Below, piece after piece: positions 1-9,834 of a DNA stretch of 64,000 nucleotides (position 1 is its first letter; each line of letters opens with the position of its first letter). A program made the position numbers and the translations under genes. The DNA is taken from positions 2,636 through 66,635 of the forward strand of contig JBLIRP010000003.1 in the NCBI GenBank assembly GCA_049472355.1, read 5' to 3'. The notes under the pieces were generated by a model. That model ran no database searches, was not told the origin of the DNA, and saw nothing but the letters and a program-made list of their open reading frames with translations. The DNA comes from a bacterium (GTDB taxonomy: Bacteria; SZUA-182; DTGQ01; JAFGSM01).

Positions 1-63
1 TGCCATCGGACAGAGGAGGAACAGGATGAGTATAATGACTATAAAGGGGCCTGTCTTTTTCAT
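1..63 (-). CDS. 5' end of a secreted protein running off the left edge
   Basis: Minus strand GAGGAGG RBS, 8 nt, then ATG: MKKTGPFIVIILILFLLCPMA, which is signal-peptide-like. Not in the ORF track. Confidence 0.65.
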   Translation of the reverse strand, partial: MKKTGPFIVIILILFLLCPMA

Positions 64-1008
64 GTGCATGTCCTCCTCTTTACGACGTGATTGTTGTCTG
101 GGCACAATGCATCGATCCCTTGTGCAGGGTTGACCGGGGCAGCGGGTTTCCATGTCTGTAAAAAAGGGCTCAATGAGAAAAAAACAGGGCGTACCCGCCC
201 CGATACATGTCTGCATCTAAATTGTGCTGATCGAGGAATTGAACATTCAAACCCTGCCGGGTGAACCGTATACAAGGATGGGGGTAACACAAAGCATAAC
301 TCCCTTCAATATTATACAATTATTTTTCCATCATCCGAAATGACAATAACTGATATTACCGGGATTTCAGGAATGACAAGGATCATGAAGAGCATCCGGT
401 GCTATCTGTGTCCATTCAACGTCCATTCCGGGCCTTTCCTTTGTTGACTGTTTTACACTGCATCATTGAGCTGCTGAGCAGTGGTCATCGAGATAAGGCT
501 GCCATATTTCTCTCAACGAACCTCGTGGTGAACGATGTGAAATTCCGGAACAAAAGAAAAAGGGGTTGCTAACCGATAGAGAAATAAAGACCGGAATATA
601 AAAAGGGCAGAAAATACAATAAGCTATTAAAAACGCAGTGGTCAGCGATAATGGGCGTCGGCTGCTGATTTTCGATCAGGTTACCGAGGGTGCTGCAGGG
701 CGTTTCCCGAGTTACCGACAATACCACTTCCTGCCGCAACACATGCCGCCGATTGAAATAGAACACGTACCAGGGTGATTGGAGTATTTCTCGTATGTGC
801 CGTACCAATATGGTGCAGTAATGGTGCGAAGCAGTAGTGGTATGAAAAGGGTGCCGCGTAACCATATGAATCGGTGCATGGCAAATGATGTGATAGGGGG
901 GAACGTGGCTTTACGCAACTATCAGGCAACTCAAAACCGATACCAGGTCCGAACCAATATGCGTGGAGGACTACTCTCAGTCCTCAGAGTAAAAAAGGGG
1001 GAAGAACT

Positions 1009-3198
1009 ATGAGCACGAACGATAAGGATCAAGAGCAGGGACAGGTTGAAGAGACGAGTAGTGCAACAGGGATAATCGTAAAGGAGGAAGTGAAGGGCGC
1101 GGAGGAGGACGTGCAGGCAAAGGATGAGGAGCTTCAAGGCCGGGAGGTGGATGCTTCGGTGCAAGAGGAGGGGGACGAAAAGACCCGGCTTGAGGATGTG
1201 CCGAAGATCACGGTCAAAAGGGGCGCCGAGACCCTGATGGAGTGCGAGATCACCAAGGAAGAATTGACTATCGGCCGCAGGCAGGGAAACGACATACTTC
1301 TTGATGATCGAAAGGTATCCAGGGAACATGCCCGGATCAGACGGGAAGGGAGTACCTTTCGCATAGAGGACCTGAAGAGCACCGGGGGCCTGGAGGTGAA
1401 CGGAACGAAGGTCACCTCGCAGGAGATCTTTACCGGTGATGTGATCACCATAGGTGATTTCCAGCTCCATTTCTTCTCGGGCGTTCCCGGTGAAGAAAAG
1501 ACGGTTTTTGAGGGAGAGTCGGATGGGGAGCGCACCACGTTTGATGATGACAGGACGAAGTTTTACGAAGAGCCTCAGGCGAAATTGGTGGTAAAGCGGG
1601 CAGACAACCTTTCGGGTGTCATCGACCTGGCGGAAGAGGTGGTCATCGGCCGTGGCGAGGACGCTGATGTCCGGCTGGAGGACGGACGCGCCTCCCGAAG
1701 ACACAGCAAAATCGCCTTGACCAACGGCAGCTTTGTCATCACCGACCTGCAGAGCGCGAACGGCACCTTCGTCAACGGAGAGAGGATCACGGAGAGTGCC
1801 CTGCAGAATGGAGACAAGGTCCAGATCGGTAATGCGCTTTTCGAGTTTCAGATGGAGACGGGCGGGAGCGTGGCCCCCGGATCGGGTATCTTGAAACGAG
1901 TTATGAAGTTTTTCGGTTTTCTTGCAGCGATTGCGCTGATTGCATGGATCATCATCCTGCTGTCGAACAGCGTCAATGCCCCCCATAATGTCATCATCAG
2001 CACATTGTGGGAGAAACAGACCAAGGGGCCAATCCACGTCTGCGCAGCCATCGGTGATCTCAACAACGACGTATTCAACGACATCGTGGTTGCCGACGAT
2101 CTCGGATATATCTATGCCCTGGATGGCCGAACCGGCGGCAGCATCTGGAACAAACCCTTCTTCACCGGGGGGGCGATTTTTTCCTCGCCCAGCCTTGGGG
2201 ACGTCAACCAGAAGGACGGCACCCTGGATGTCATCGTGGGCTCCGAGAAGGGGCATCTCTATACGGTGGACGGGGGAAGGGGAACTCTGATCTGGACAAG
2301 CACGGTAATCAAAGGCGCTGTTACCTCCTCACCCGCACTGGCCGATCTGAATGCAGACGGTGTGCCGGATGTGGTGGTGGGATCAAAGGACAACTACGTA
2401 TACGCCCTTGACGGAAAGCAGGGAGGGGAGATCTGGAATTTCGATGCAAAGGGTGAAGTGACCGCTACCCCCGCCTTGGCGGACGTGGATGGAGACGGCG
2501 TGCTTGACGTCATCATCGGCTCAGTAGGAAACCTCTATGCCCTTTCAGGGGCCAACGGTAAACGCCTGTGGGTGTATCAGGGCGAAGGGGCACCCTCTTC
2601 AGCGGCTGCGGGAAGGTTGAATGATGACCTTATCGAGGACATAGCGGTTTGCTTTCATAAGGAACTGGTGGTGCTCAATGGCAAAACCGGCGCCGCATTG
2701 TGGACATGGACCATCCCCTTTATTACCTCTAAGGACAGTCTAAAGTCCATTGCCCCTGCTATGGCCGACATCAATGAGGATGGCGTCCTGGATGTGGTGT
2801 GTTCATCCGGCAAGGGGCATGTGTACGTGGTTGACGGTATGTCAAAAGGGAATCGCTATCTCTGGGATTTCAACACCGAGGGTGAGGTTCCCTCTACTGC
2901 CGCGATTGCGGATTTCAATGAGGATGGGACCCTCGACGTGGCCGTCACCGTCCGGGCAGGCACCATCTATGTGATCAACGGCAAGGATGGGCATATGCTG
3001 GCACACTTCGATGTGCATGAAAAGACCGTGAGCCCGGTAGCCATTGCCGATGTCAATGACAACAGTATGGTCGATCTGGTTCTGGGCACCGAAAAGGGCA
3101 TGATCCGGGTCGTGGAGACGAATACCAGGTGCAAAAAGAACGAGGTTCTTTGGAACTCTTTGGGCAGGGGGCAGCTGCACACCGCCCGGGTTGACTGA
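1009..3198 (+). CDS. Membrane protein with two FHA domains, one TM helix and an extracytoplasmic PQQ/FG-GAP-type beta-propeller
   Basis: FHA motifs IGRRQGND..VSREHA..DLKSTGG and IGRGEDAD..ASRRHS..DLQSANGTFVNG. TM FFGFLAAIALIAWIIILL. Repeated SSPALADLNADGVPDVVVGS..VYALDG..W blades. Confidence 0.9.
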   Translation: MSTNDKDQEQGQVEETSSATGIIVKEEVKGAEEDVQAKDEELQGREVDASVQEEGDEKTRLEDVPKITVKRGAETLMECEITKEELTIGRRQGNDILLDDRKVSREHARIRREGSTFRIEDLKSTGGLEVNGTKVTSQEIFTGDVITIGDFQLHFFSGVPGEEKTVFEGESDGERTTFDDDRTKFYEEPQAKLVVKRADNLSGVIDLAEEVVIGRGEDADVRLEDGRASRRHSKIALTNGSFVITDLQSANGTFVNGERITESALQNGDKVQIGNALFEFQMETGGSVAPGSGILKRVMKFFGFLAAIALIAWIIILLSNSVNAPHNVIISTLWEKQTKGPIHVCAAIGDLNNDVFNDIVVADDLGYIYALDGRTGGSIWNKPFFTGGAIFSSPSLGDVNQKDGTLDVIVGSEKGHLYTVDGGRGTLIWTSTVIKGAVTSSPALADLNADGVPDVVVGSKDNYVYALDGKQGGEIWNFDAKGEVTATPALADVDGDGVLDVIIGSVGNLYALSGANGKRLWVYQGEGAPSSAAAGRLNDDLIEDIAVCFHKELVVLNGKTGAALWTWTIPFITSKDSLKSIAPAMADINEDGVLDVVCSSGKGHVYVVDGMSKGNRYLWDFNTEGEVPSTAAIADFNEDGTLDVAVTVRAGTIYVINGKDGHMLAHFDVHEKTVSPVAIADVNDNSMVDLVLGTEKGMIRVVETNTRCKKNEVLWNSLGRGQLHTARVD

Positions 3199-3221
3199 GC
3201 ACGTTCGGAAAGAGACCGAAA

Positions 3222-3989
3222 ATGAGAATACATGGATTCGGCATCACCGATATTGGGCTGAAACGAAAGCTCAATGAGGATCATTACATCTGCGACAACG
3301 AGAGGAACATCTATCTCGTTGCTGACGGGATGGGCGGCGTGGAGGGGGGCGAACTGGCAAGTAAGATGGCCGCCGATATCTTTCTTGCCAGAATTCACCC
3401 CTTGCTTTGGGATGAGGAAATGACCCTGCCCTGTGAAATAGAGGCGGGCGAGGATTTCCATTCCTCCCTCATCAAGTATGCCATAGCACAGGCCAACGAG
3501 GCGGTGTATCAGTTCGGCATGCAGGATGCCTCGCGGAGAGGGATGGGCACCACCTTTACGGCTGCCGTCCCTGTCAGCGACAGGCTCTATGTGGGGCACA
3601 TCGGCGATTCGAGGGTATATCGATACCGCGACGGGGTGGTGGAACAGCTTTCCGAGGATCACACCCTGGTGCAGCAGATGGTCCGGGAGGGGAAGCTTTC
3701 CCCTCAGGAAGCCCGGCACCATCCGAAGAAGAATGTCATCACCCGTTCACTGGGGCCAAAGAAGGGTGTCACCCCGGACCTCTTTTCCGAGCAGCTCGCC
3801 CCGGGTGACATCTATCTTCTGTGCAGTGATGGCCTTTACGGGATGGTTGAAGATGGGCAATTGGTGAACGGGCTTCATTTGAGCGACGGCAAGGGCCTCG
3901 AAGATCTGGGCAGGAAGTTGATTGCAATGGCAAATGAGGGAGGGGGAAAGGACAACATAACCGTGGTTCTCTTCACCGTGGAAGAATAA
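3222..3989 (+). CDS. PP2C/Stp1-family Ser/Thr phosphatase
   Basis: Motifs RKLNED, VADGMGG, GTT, HIGDSR, LCSDGL, GGKDNITV. Confidence 0.95.
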   Translation: MRIHGFGITDIGLKRKLNEDHYICDNERNIYLVADGMGGVEGGELASKMAADIFLARIHPLLWDEEMTLPCEIEAGEDFHSSLIKYAIAQANEAVYQFGMQDASRRGMGTTFTAAVPVSDRLYVGHIGDSRVYRYRDGVVEQLSEDHTLVQQMVREGKLSPQEARHHPKKNVITRSLGPKKGVTPDLFSEQLAPGDIYLLCSDGLYGMVEDGQLVNGLHLSDGKGLEDLGRKLIAMANEGGGKDNITVVLFTVEE

Positions 3990-4003
3990 CCCCCCATACA
4001 TGC

Positions 4004-5155
4004 ATGGCGAAGGAATTAGGCAAATACAGGATCATTGAGCGTCTGAGCATCGGGAGCGCATCCAATATCTACCTGGCCGAGCAGAAGACCCTTGAACGCC
4101 AGGTGGTTATCAAGGAGCTGATGCGGGAGTTCTCCATCAACCAGAAGGTGATCGCCCGTTTCGAGCAGGAGGCACGGGTGATCTCCTCCCTGCGCTACGA
4201 CTCCATCATCCACATCTATGATTACTGGAAGAAGGGCAACTCCTACTACATCGTGATGGAGTATGTCCCCGGCAAGACGCTCAAGGACATCCTCACCCAG
4301 ATCGAGTGCTTTCCCATCGATGTGGGGCTCATCGTATTCTATGAGATTGCCAAGGCCCTAGAATACGCACATAATCGAGGGATTATCCACCGTGATCTCA
4401 AACCGGCCAACATCATCCTTTCTGATGAGGGAATGCTGAAGCTGCTTGATTTCGGCATCGCCCATGTGAAGGAGACAAATCTGACCACCCCCGGGGTGAT
4501 CCTCGGGACCTATTCGTATATGTCCCCCGAGCAGGCAATCGGGACCAAGATCGACAACCGCTCGGATATCTTTTCCCTGGGAATCATCATGTACGAGCTT
4601 TTGACGGGAGAGCGGCCCTTCAAGAAGGATGGCGAGCGGGAGGTCACCGAAAAGATCATCAACGACAAACCAATCCCCGTAAGGAAGCTCAATCCCGCCA
4701 TCCCGCGCCCGGTGGCGCGGATCATCAAGAAGTGCCTGAAGAAGAATCCCAAACGGCGATTTCACACCATGGGACAGCTCAAGGAGCGGCTTGAGCGGCA
4801 CATACGCAGATTCCCCCTCGATCATCAATCCCTTCTCAGGGAATTTTTGAAGGACTCGGTACGCATAGCGAATCAAAAGACCATGTTCATGGACAGCGAC
4901 AAAGACGGGGAGCAGAAGAAGACCCGGCGAGGCAAGAAGGACACCTCCAGGACCTATTTCAAACAGAGGCGCCGCCCCTTCCTCACGGTGATCAAGGTGT
5001 GCATGCTTATCGGATCCATCCTCGTCATCCTGGCGGGAATCGAGATGCTTCTGGTTTACATCTACGGCATACCCCTCGGCATCCAAAAGCTATGGCTGCT
5101 CAGCACATGGGAGAGGATTTCCCTCTCAGCACGACGCATCCTCCCCTTTATCTAA
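4004..5155 (+). CDS. Hanks-type Ser/Thr protein kinase with C-terminal TM helix
   Basis: VVIK, HRDLKPAN, DFG, GTYSYMSPEQ, DIFSLG. Hydrophobic segment near the C-terminus with only a short tail after it. Confidence 0.95.
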   Translation: MAKELGKYRIIERLSIGSASNIYLAEQKTLERQVVIKELMREFSINQKVIARFEQEARVISSLRYDSIIHIYDYWKKGNSYYIVMEYVPGKTLKDILTQIECFPIDVGLIVFYEIAKALEYAHNRGIIHRDLKPANIILSDEGMLKLLDFGIAHVKETNLTTPGVILGTYSYMSPEQAIGTKIDNRSDIFSLGIIMYELLTGERPFKKDGEREVTEKIINDKPIPVRKLNPAIPRPVARIIKKCLKKNPKRRFHTMGQLKERLERHIRRFPLDHQSLLREFLKDSVRIANQKTMFMDSDKDGEQKKTRRGKKDTSRTYFKQRRRPFLTVIKVCMLIGSILVILAGIEMLLVYIYGIPLGIQKLWLLSTWERISLSARRILPFI

Positions 5156-5226
5156 CCGCCAGAACATAGGGATCACACCGAGTCACGAAGGTGTATAGAA
5201 ACGAGCAGGTATCCGCACGTAGTTGC

Positions 5227-5727
5227 TCAAAAACCTTCATATGGTTTAAGGCCGTATATCCCTTGATAGACACCGGTTGTCTGGGAGAAGGGATTCATCC
5301 CCCACTGATAGCGGTAGAAGGGCCACATACCCGAGGCGGACTGGAGATTCGCAGGCGAACCAGCAGACACGAGATCCGGTGACCGTGTCACGAAACCTTC
5401 ATATGCCATTCCCATCCAGGGGACACTGCTTCTGGTCAGGACTTGGTAGACCTGGGACGGGGTCCAGGTGAAACGCCGGGCACCCGGGGGGTAGACTGAC
5501 AGCCTCTTGACAACGGTGAAGATACTCTCGTCGTCAACCAATGGGGCTCGTCCCGGGATGATGCCGTCGTAATGAGGCAGGAATACATACAGTCCGAGAC
5601 CATACTGATTCCACAAGGAATAGCCCTCGGCTGCCGAGACGTATCTGACCGTGTGACCTGGCGCCAAGGCCAAGGCACATACAATCAGGATGATGCAACT
5701 TACTGAATAATGGGTTTTCGGCTTCAT
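5227..5727 (-). CDS. Hypothetical secreted protein, Tyr/Gly/Trp/Pro-rich
   Basis: GGAGAA RBS and N-terminal hydrophobic signal-like segment. No family recognised. Confidence 0.6.
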   Translation of the reverse strand: MKPKTHYSVSCIILIVCALALAPGHTVRYVSAAEGYSLWNQYGLGLYVFLPHYDGIIPGRAPLVDDESIFTVVKRLSVYPPGARRFTWTPSQVYQVLTRSSVPWMGMAYEGFVTRSPDLVSAGSPANLQSASGMWPFYRYQWGMNPFSQTTGVYQGIYGLKPYEGF

Positions 5728-5796
5728 GGAATTCTCCCGTTATGGCATGGGATAGCGTCCTCTCTGTAGACTCATGTAAGAACCTGTAAACGGTTT

Positions 5797-6228
5797 TCAA
5801 AAATAGCCCGGGATGTAGACCGGGCAGTAGAGCGGGGTGTGGCAGGCCCCGCGCGATGTGCACCTCCTCTCATCCCAGCGCAGGGTACATCCCTGTGGTA
5901 GGCTGGAGTGCATCGAAAATCCGCCGAACAGGTACTGGTATCCCCCCTGGATGCTTGGATAACCGGAGGGAAATGCGTACCGGGTGACTCCTTGAAATGA
6001 CATCCACGGTACGTTCGTTTGTCCGAAGCCATAGCTTGAATACGCCGGCCAGTATCTGCCTGAGGAGGAGTACGAGGTATAGGGGTAGTACATCGATACA
6101 TCCCATGAGCTGGTTCCCGAGGGGAGGAATGAGGTGCCCTGGGCCATGACGGATAATGGCCGACAGAACATCATCCCATACAGTAGAATAAAAATAAATC
6201 CGTATAATACGATTGTTTTGCGACACAT
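5797..6228 (-). CDS. Hypothetical secreted protein, Ser/Tyr/Gly-rich with a 4-Cys C-terminus
   Basis: GGAGA RBS, signal-like N-terminus ending VMAQ, C-terminal GCTLRWDERRCTSRGACHTPLYCP. Confidence 0.6.
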   Translation of the reverse strand: MCRKTIVLYGFIFILLYGMMFCRPLSVMAQGTSFLPSGTSSWDVSMYYPYTSYSSSGRYWPAYSSYGFGQTNVPWMSFQGVTRYAFPSGYPSIQGGYQYLFGGFSMHSSLPQGCTLRWDERRCTSRGACHTPLYCPVYIPGYF

Positions 6229-6721
6229 GATTGTATCTCCCGAAAAAATATTCGATTATGTAACCATATAATGCGGCCGTGAAACCGGAATCATTACATT
6301 TTCTTCATGTGAGAAACCTGTTGTGAGGAGAGCGCGGAATGTCTCCGGAATCATGGGTCATAAAATAAACCTCACCGATGAAAGGGACAATCAACTGCGG
6401 GTGAAAAGCGGCTTGTATGGGGCTTTCGGGGGCACTGCAATCCGGATGGAGCGTCAAAACATGCTGCGGTGAAATCGTCATCCTGCGCGATGTTAAGCCA
6501 ATGAAAATTATTTCTTGTTGTGGCTTTCCACCCCTGCATCAGTTCTCGCTGATGACCTTATTCTTCTATCACTATATCCCCAGGCGTATTCTTTGTCAAG
6601 TATTCACAGATCCTTCTAAGTACCTAACTTTTAGAATACTATTATATTGCGGAGCGCTGACAGGCATACTTTTTTTTGTCATACGGTATATGTGATGCTT
6701 TGTATTTATTGACTGTAAAAA

Positions 6722-6814
6722 CCACCACTTTTAGTGGTGGATTACCTATTAAAAATAATTTACACCCCTTTAAGGGGTAACATCTTTTTTAAACCACCCC
6801 TTTTAGGGGTGGTT
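6722..6814. repeat. Three related palindromes upstream of a TA operon
   Basis: CCACCACT-TTT-AGTGGTGG (6722-6740), ACCCCTT-T-AAGGGGT (6764-6778), AACCACCCCT-TTT-AGGGGTGGTT (6792-6814). Confidence 0.8.
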
Positions 6815-6893
6815 GTTAATTAGAATTTTTATAACACAGCCGGTCAGTAAAAGGAATAAATTATTGTCAATTCTCAATAGCAAGGCGCCGTAT

Positions 6894-7085
6894 ATGCCTA
6901 AAATCACTTTGGATTTGCCTTTTGAAAAAATTGTGGAAACGGTTAAATGTCTCAGTGAGGAAGAAAAGGAACAATTGTTTTTTGCCGTCAATAAGGACTA
7001 TGCAAAGGCTTTGGGAAAGATGAAGGACGAAGCATTAAAGGAACATCAAGCTGGAAGAAGCATTCCTCTTGAAGATCTGAAATGA
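6894..7085 (+). CDS. Putative antitoxin of a RelE-type TA module
   Basis: 63-aa ORF ending ALKEHQAGRSIPLEDLK, typical of an antitoxin C-terminus. ATGA overlap with the downstream toxin. Confidence 0.65.
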   Translation: MPKITLDLPFEKIVETVKCLSEEEKEQLFFAVNKDYAKALGKMKDEALKEHQAGRSIPLEDLK

Positions 7086-7346
7086 GTTATACTATTTTTC
7101 TTTCAAGAAAAGCTGATAAGCAATATAATACCCTTGATCACCATATCCAGGACAAAATTAAATCAATTTTTTTAGAATTAAAGGAAGATCCTCAAAAAGG
7201 CATTTCTCTTGTTGGTGAAAAATATGCTGGTTTGCAATATATAAAAACAAAGTACAAGGGTACAGAATAGTAGGATAGTATATAATATCTGTAATGAGAA
7301 AAAAGAAATATTGATCATCTTTCTCGGCACCCGAGAAAATTTTTAA
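7082..7346 (+). pseudogene. RelE/ParE-family toxin broken by a 1-nt insertion
   Basis: MSYTIFLSRKADKQYNTLD..LKEDPQKG..GTE stops at 7268-7270. The shifted frame from 7272 reads RIVYNICNEKKEILIIFLGTRENF*, the RelE C-terminal signature. Confidence 0.8.
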
Positions 7347-7386
7347 GTAACCTTCCGATTACTTCAGGCACCATAATCCTCCCGAT

Positions 7387-9834
7387 TCAGTGATCGGGAT
7401 GCCCCTCCTTGGGAGCGTCCTGCATGCCCTGCTTGAACATGTCGAGGAGCGGGCCGATGGCGGAGACGAGCCCCTCCATGACCTTTGGCTCGGGCACGGG
7501 GATCCTGAGATATGACCTGCCGCTTTCCTTGTCCGTATCGATAAGGGATGCGAGGGGAGGGTGCCCTTGTTTTCTGCCCTCGGCGACAAAGGTGCCCAGT
7601 TGTTTGAGAAATGCGGCCCCCGCCTCAAGGAGAGGCTGGAGGGGCATGGCGGGTGCGGGAGCAACACACGGTTTTTCCTCCTCATCCGCCTCTTCCTGAA
7701 CCTGTATGGGAGGGGGCTCCTGGGCCGTCTCCGGGATATGCCCGGTCACCGCGTCAACGCTCTCCATGAATCGGTTCAGCCTCGTCTTGCCCATGAACAC
7801 GGCATCCTCGCCGCCATCGAGAACGCCTGCAAAGATCGATCGCTTGAAGGAGAGGATATCGAGCATCCCATGCTCAATGGTGCCCTCCGAGATGAGGTTT
7901 ATCACCCGCACGGGCTGGTGCTGTCCGATGCGGTGCACTCGTCCGATGCGCTGCTCGATCACCGCCGGATTCCACGGCAGGTCGAGATTGATGACCGTGG
8001 AGGCGCTCTGGAGGTTCAGGCCGGTGCCCCCGGCGTCGGTGGAGAGGAAGATGCGGATCGCAGGGTCCTCCCGAAAGGCGGTGGTCAGATCCTTTCGCCC
8101 CTTACCGGGCACGCCGCCATGGAGATAGACAAAGGGGATGCCCTCCCTTTCCAATGATCGGGAGACCAGGCTGTTCATGCGCTGCCACTGGCTGAAGATC
8201 ACCACCTTGGCGTCCGGCTGTTCGAGGATCTCCTTGAGCAGCATGATCAGCTCATCCAGCTTCGGGCCGAAGCAGGTGTTCTGATCGACGAGAAAGGTGT
8301 TGTCGCACGCCATGCGCATGTTCTGGAGCGCGCAGGTCAATCTCCGCTGGTCGGCCTCGGAGAGAAACGTGTACCTTTTCCATTTCGCTACCATCCGGGC
8401 AACGGTTTCACGGTTCTCCTCATGAATGAGCCTCTGTTCCTTTGTCATGGGGACGAAGAAGTTCTTGTCCATCCGCTCCGGAAGCTGCTCGAGCACCTCT
8501 TTTTTCTTCCTGCGTATCAGGATGGGGGCAAGGGTCTCGCCTATGGCATGAAGGTTTTTATAGCCGATGGCCCTGCCTGTTTCCGGTTCAGAGATCTGGT
8601 GGTCGGCAAGGAATCGGAACAGGGGCCCGAGCCGGTGCCGGTCGACGAACTGAACGATGGAATGCAGCTCCTCCAGCCTGTTTTCCAGGGGGGTCCCGGT
8701 CAACACAATGGCATACCCGGATGCAATGGACTTTGTCCCTTGTGCTGCCCGTGTTTTCCAATTCTTGATCCTCTGGGCCTCGTCGAGGATAACAAGGTCC
8801 GGGCAGATGGCATTGATTGAATCAAGGTCGCGGATCACAAGCTCGTAATTGACGACCTTGAAAAAGGCATCGGATGCATAGAGCCTCCGTCTGATATGAG
8901 AAGGCCCCTCGATCACCATGACGGAGCGGCCGCAGAATTTTTCTATCTCGTGTTTCCATTGGTATTTCAAGGAGGTGGGACAGACAATGAGCGCATTTTC
9001 AACGCCGAATTCCCTGGCCATGATCTCGGCTGCGGCAACGGCCTGCACCGTCTTGCCGAGCCCCATGTCGTCGGCGATCAAACACCTGCCTGCCTGTGCG
9101 GCAAACAATGCCCCCTCGACCTGATAGGGATACAGCGTAACCTTCAGGAGGCCGTTTATCTTCTCCGTGCCTGCGCCGTTTCGATACCCCTGCTCGATGA
9201 GCGCCCGGCGGCGTTCGACGTCGCGCTGTTCCGCGATAAAGCCGAGCGCATCGTCATAGCAGCGCAACTCGTGGCCGAAACGGCCTGCCTCTTCAAGGAA
9301 ACGCTCGAACCGTGAGAATGCCTCCTGCCTGAGAAGCCCCTCATCGGTGAAGTACTGAAGGGCCGTTTGCCGTAACCCTTCCGGCGCCTCGGTGCCCGGC
9401 GAGAAGACCGCATGGCGTTGTGCGCCGTAGCGCAGGTATACCTCGGAAAAGGGTGGCGTGTATCCTCCTGCCCTCAGGAGCTTTCGTGCCCGTTTTGAGT
9501 TCCCCAGACGCGACAGGGCGAATTCTATGTGTTTACAGGTGCCGATGGTGTTTACCGCAAAATCGGGACAGGAGCAATAGTTTATGCCCGGTCTGTCACC
9601 ACGGATCGCCACGCGGTAGGTTTTGCCTGATCCCGTGTTGGTGATCGAGAACTCGGAGAAGATCGGATGATCCCCGATGTTTTTCATGGCGAATTGCTGA
9701 TCGCGTCCGAATTGTCGGCGCAGCTCCACCTGCCATTGTTCCAGTGTCATGTCATCGGGCTTGCGGGTGCGCGACAGCCTTTTTGCCTTTGGGATTGACA
9801 TTGCTTTGTTCCGACGTCTCAAATCCTTGTCCAT
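7387..9834 (-). CDS. SWIM zinc-finger SNF2-family helicase/ATPase
   Basis: SWIM CSCPDF..CKH, Walker A DDMGLGKT, ILDEAQRIKN, helicase-C STDAGGTGLNLQ..QRIGRVHRIGQ. Start placed at the ATG after GGGGGAG (ORF open to 9999). Confidence 0.92.
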   Translation of the reverse strand: MDKDLRRRNKAMSIPKAKRLSRTRKPDDMTLEQWQVELRRQFGRDQQFAMKNIGDHPIFSEFSITNTGSGKTYRVAIRGDRPGINYCSCPDFAVNTIGTCKHIEFALSRLGNSKRARKLLRAGGYTPPFSEVYLRYGAQRHAVFSPGTEAPEGLRQTALQYFTDEGLLRQEAFSRFERFLEEAGRFGHELRCYDDALGFIAEQRDVERRRALIEQGYRNGAGTEKINGLLKVTLYPYQVEGALFAAQAGRCLIADDMGLGKTVQAVAAAEIMAREFGVENALIVCPTSLKYQWKHEIEKFCGRSVMVIEGPSHIRRRLYASDAFFKVVNYELVIRDLDSINAICPDLVILDEAQRIKNWKTRAAQGTKSIASGYAIVLTGTPLENRLEELHSIVQFVDRHRLGPLFRFLADHQISEPETGRAIGYKNLHAIGETLAPILIRRKKKEVLEQLPERMDKNFFVPMTKEQRLIHEENRETVARMVAKWKRYTFLSEADQRRLTCALQNMRMACDNTFLVDQNTCFGPKLDELIMLLKEILEQPDAKVVIFSQWQRMNSLVSRSLEREGIPFVYLHGGVPGKGRKDLTTAFREDPAIRIFLSTDAGGTGLNLQSASTVINLDLPWNPAVIEQRIGRVHRIGQHQPVRVINLISEGTIEHGMLDILSFKRSIFAGVLDGGEDAVFMGKTRLNRFMESVDAVTGHIPETAQEPPPIQVQEEADEEEKPCVAPAPAMPLQPLLEAGAAFLKQLGTFVAEGRKQGHPPLASLIDTDKESGRSYLRIPVPEPKVMEGLVSAIGPLLDMFKQGMQDAPKEGHPDH

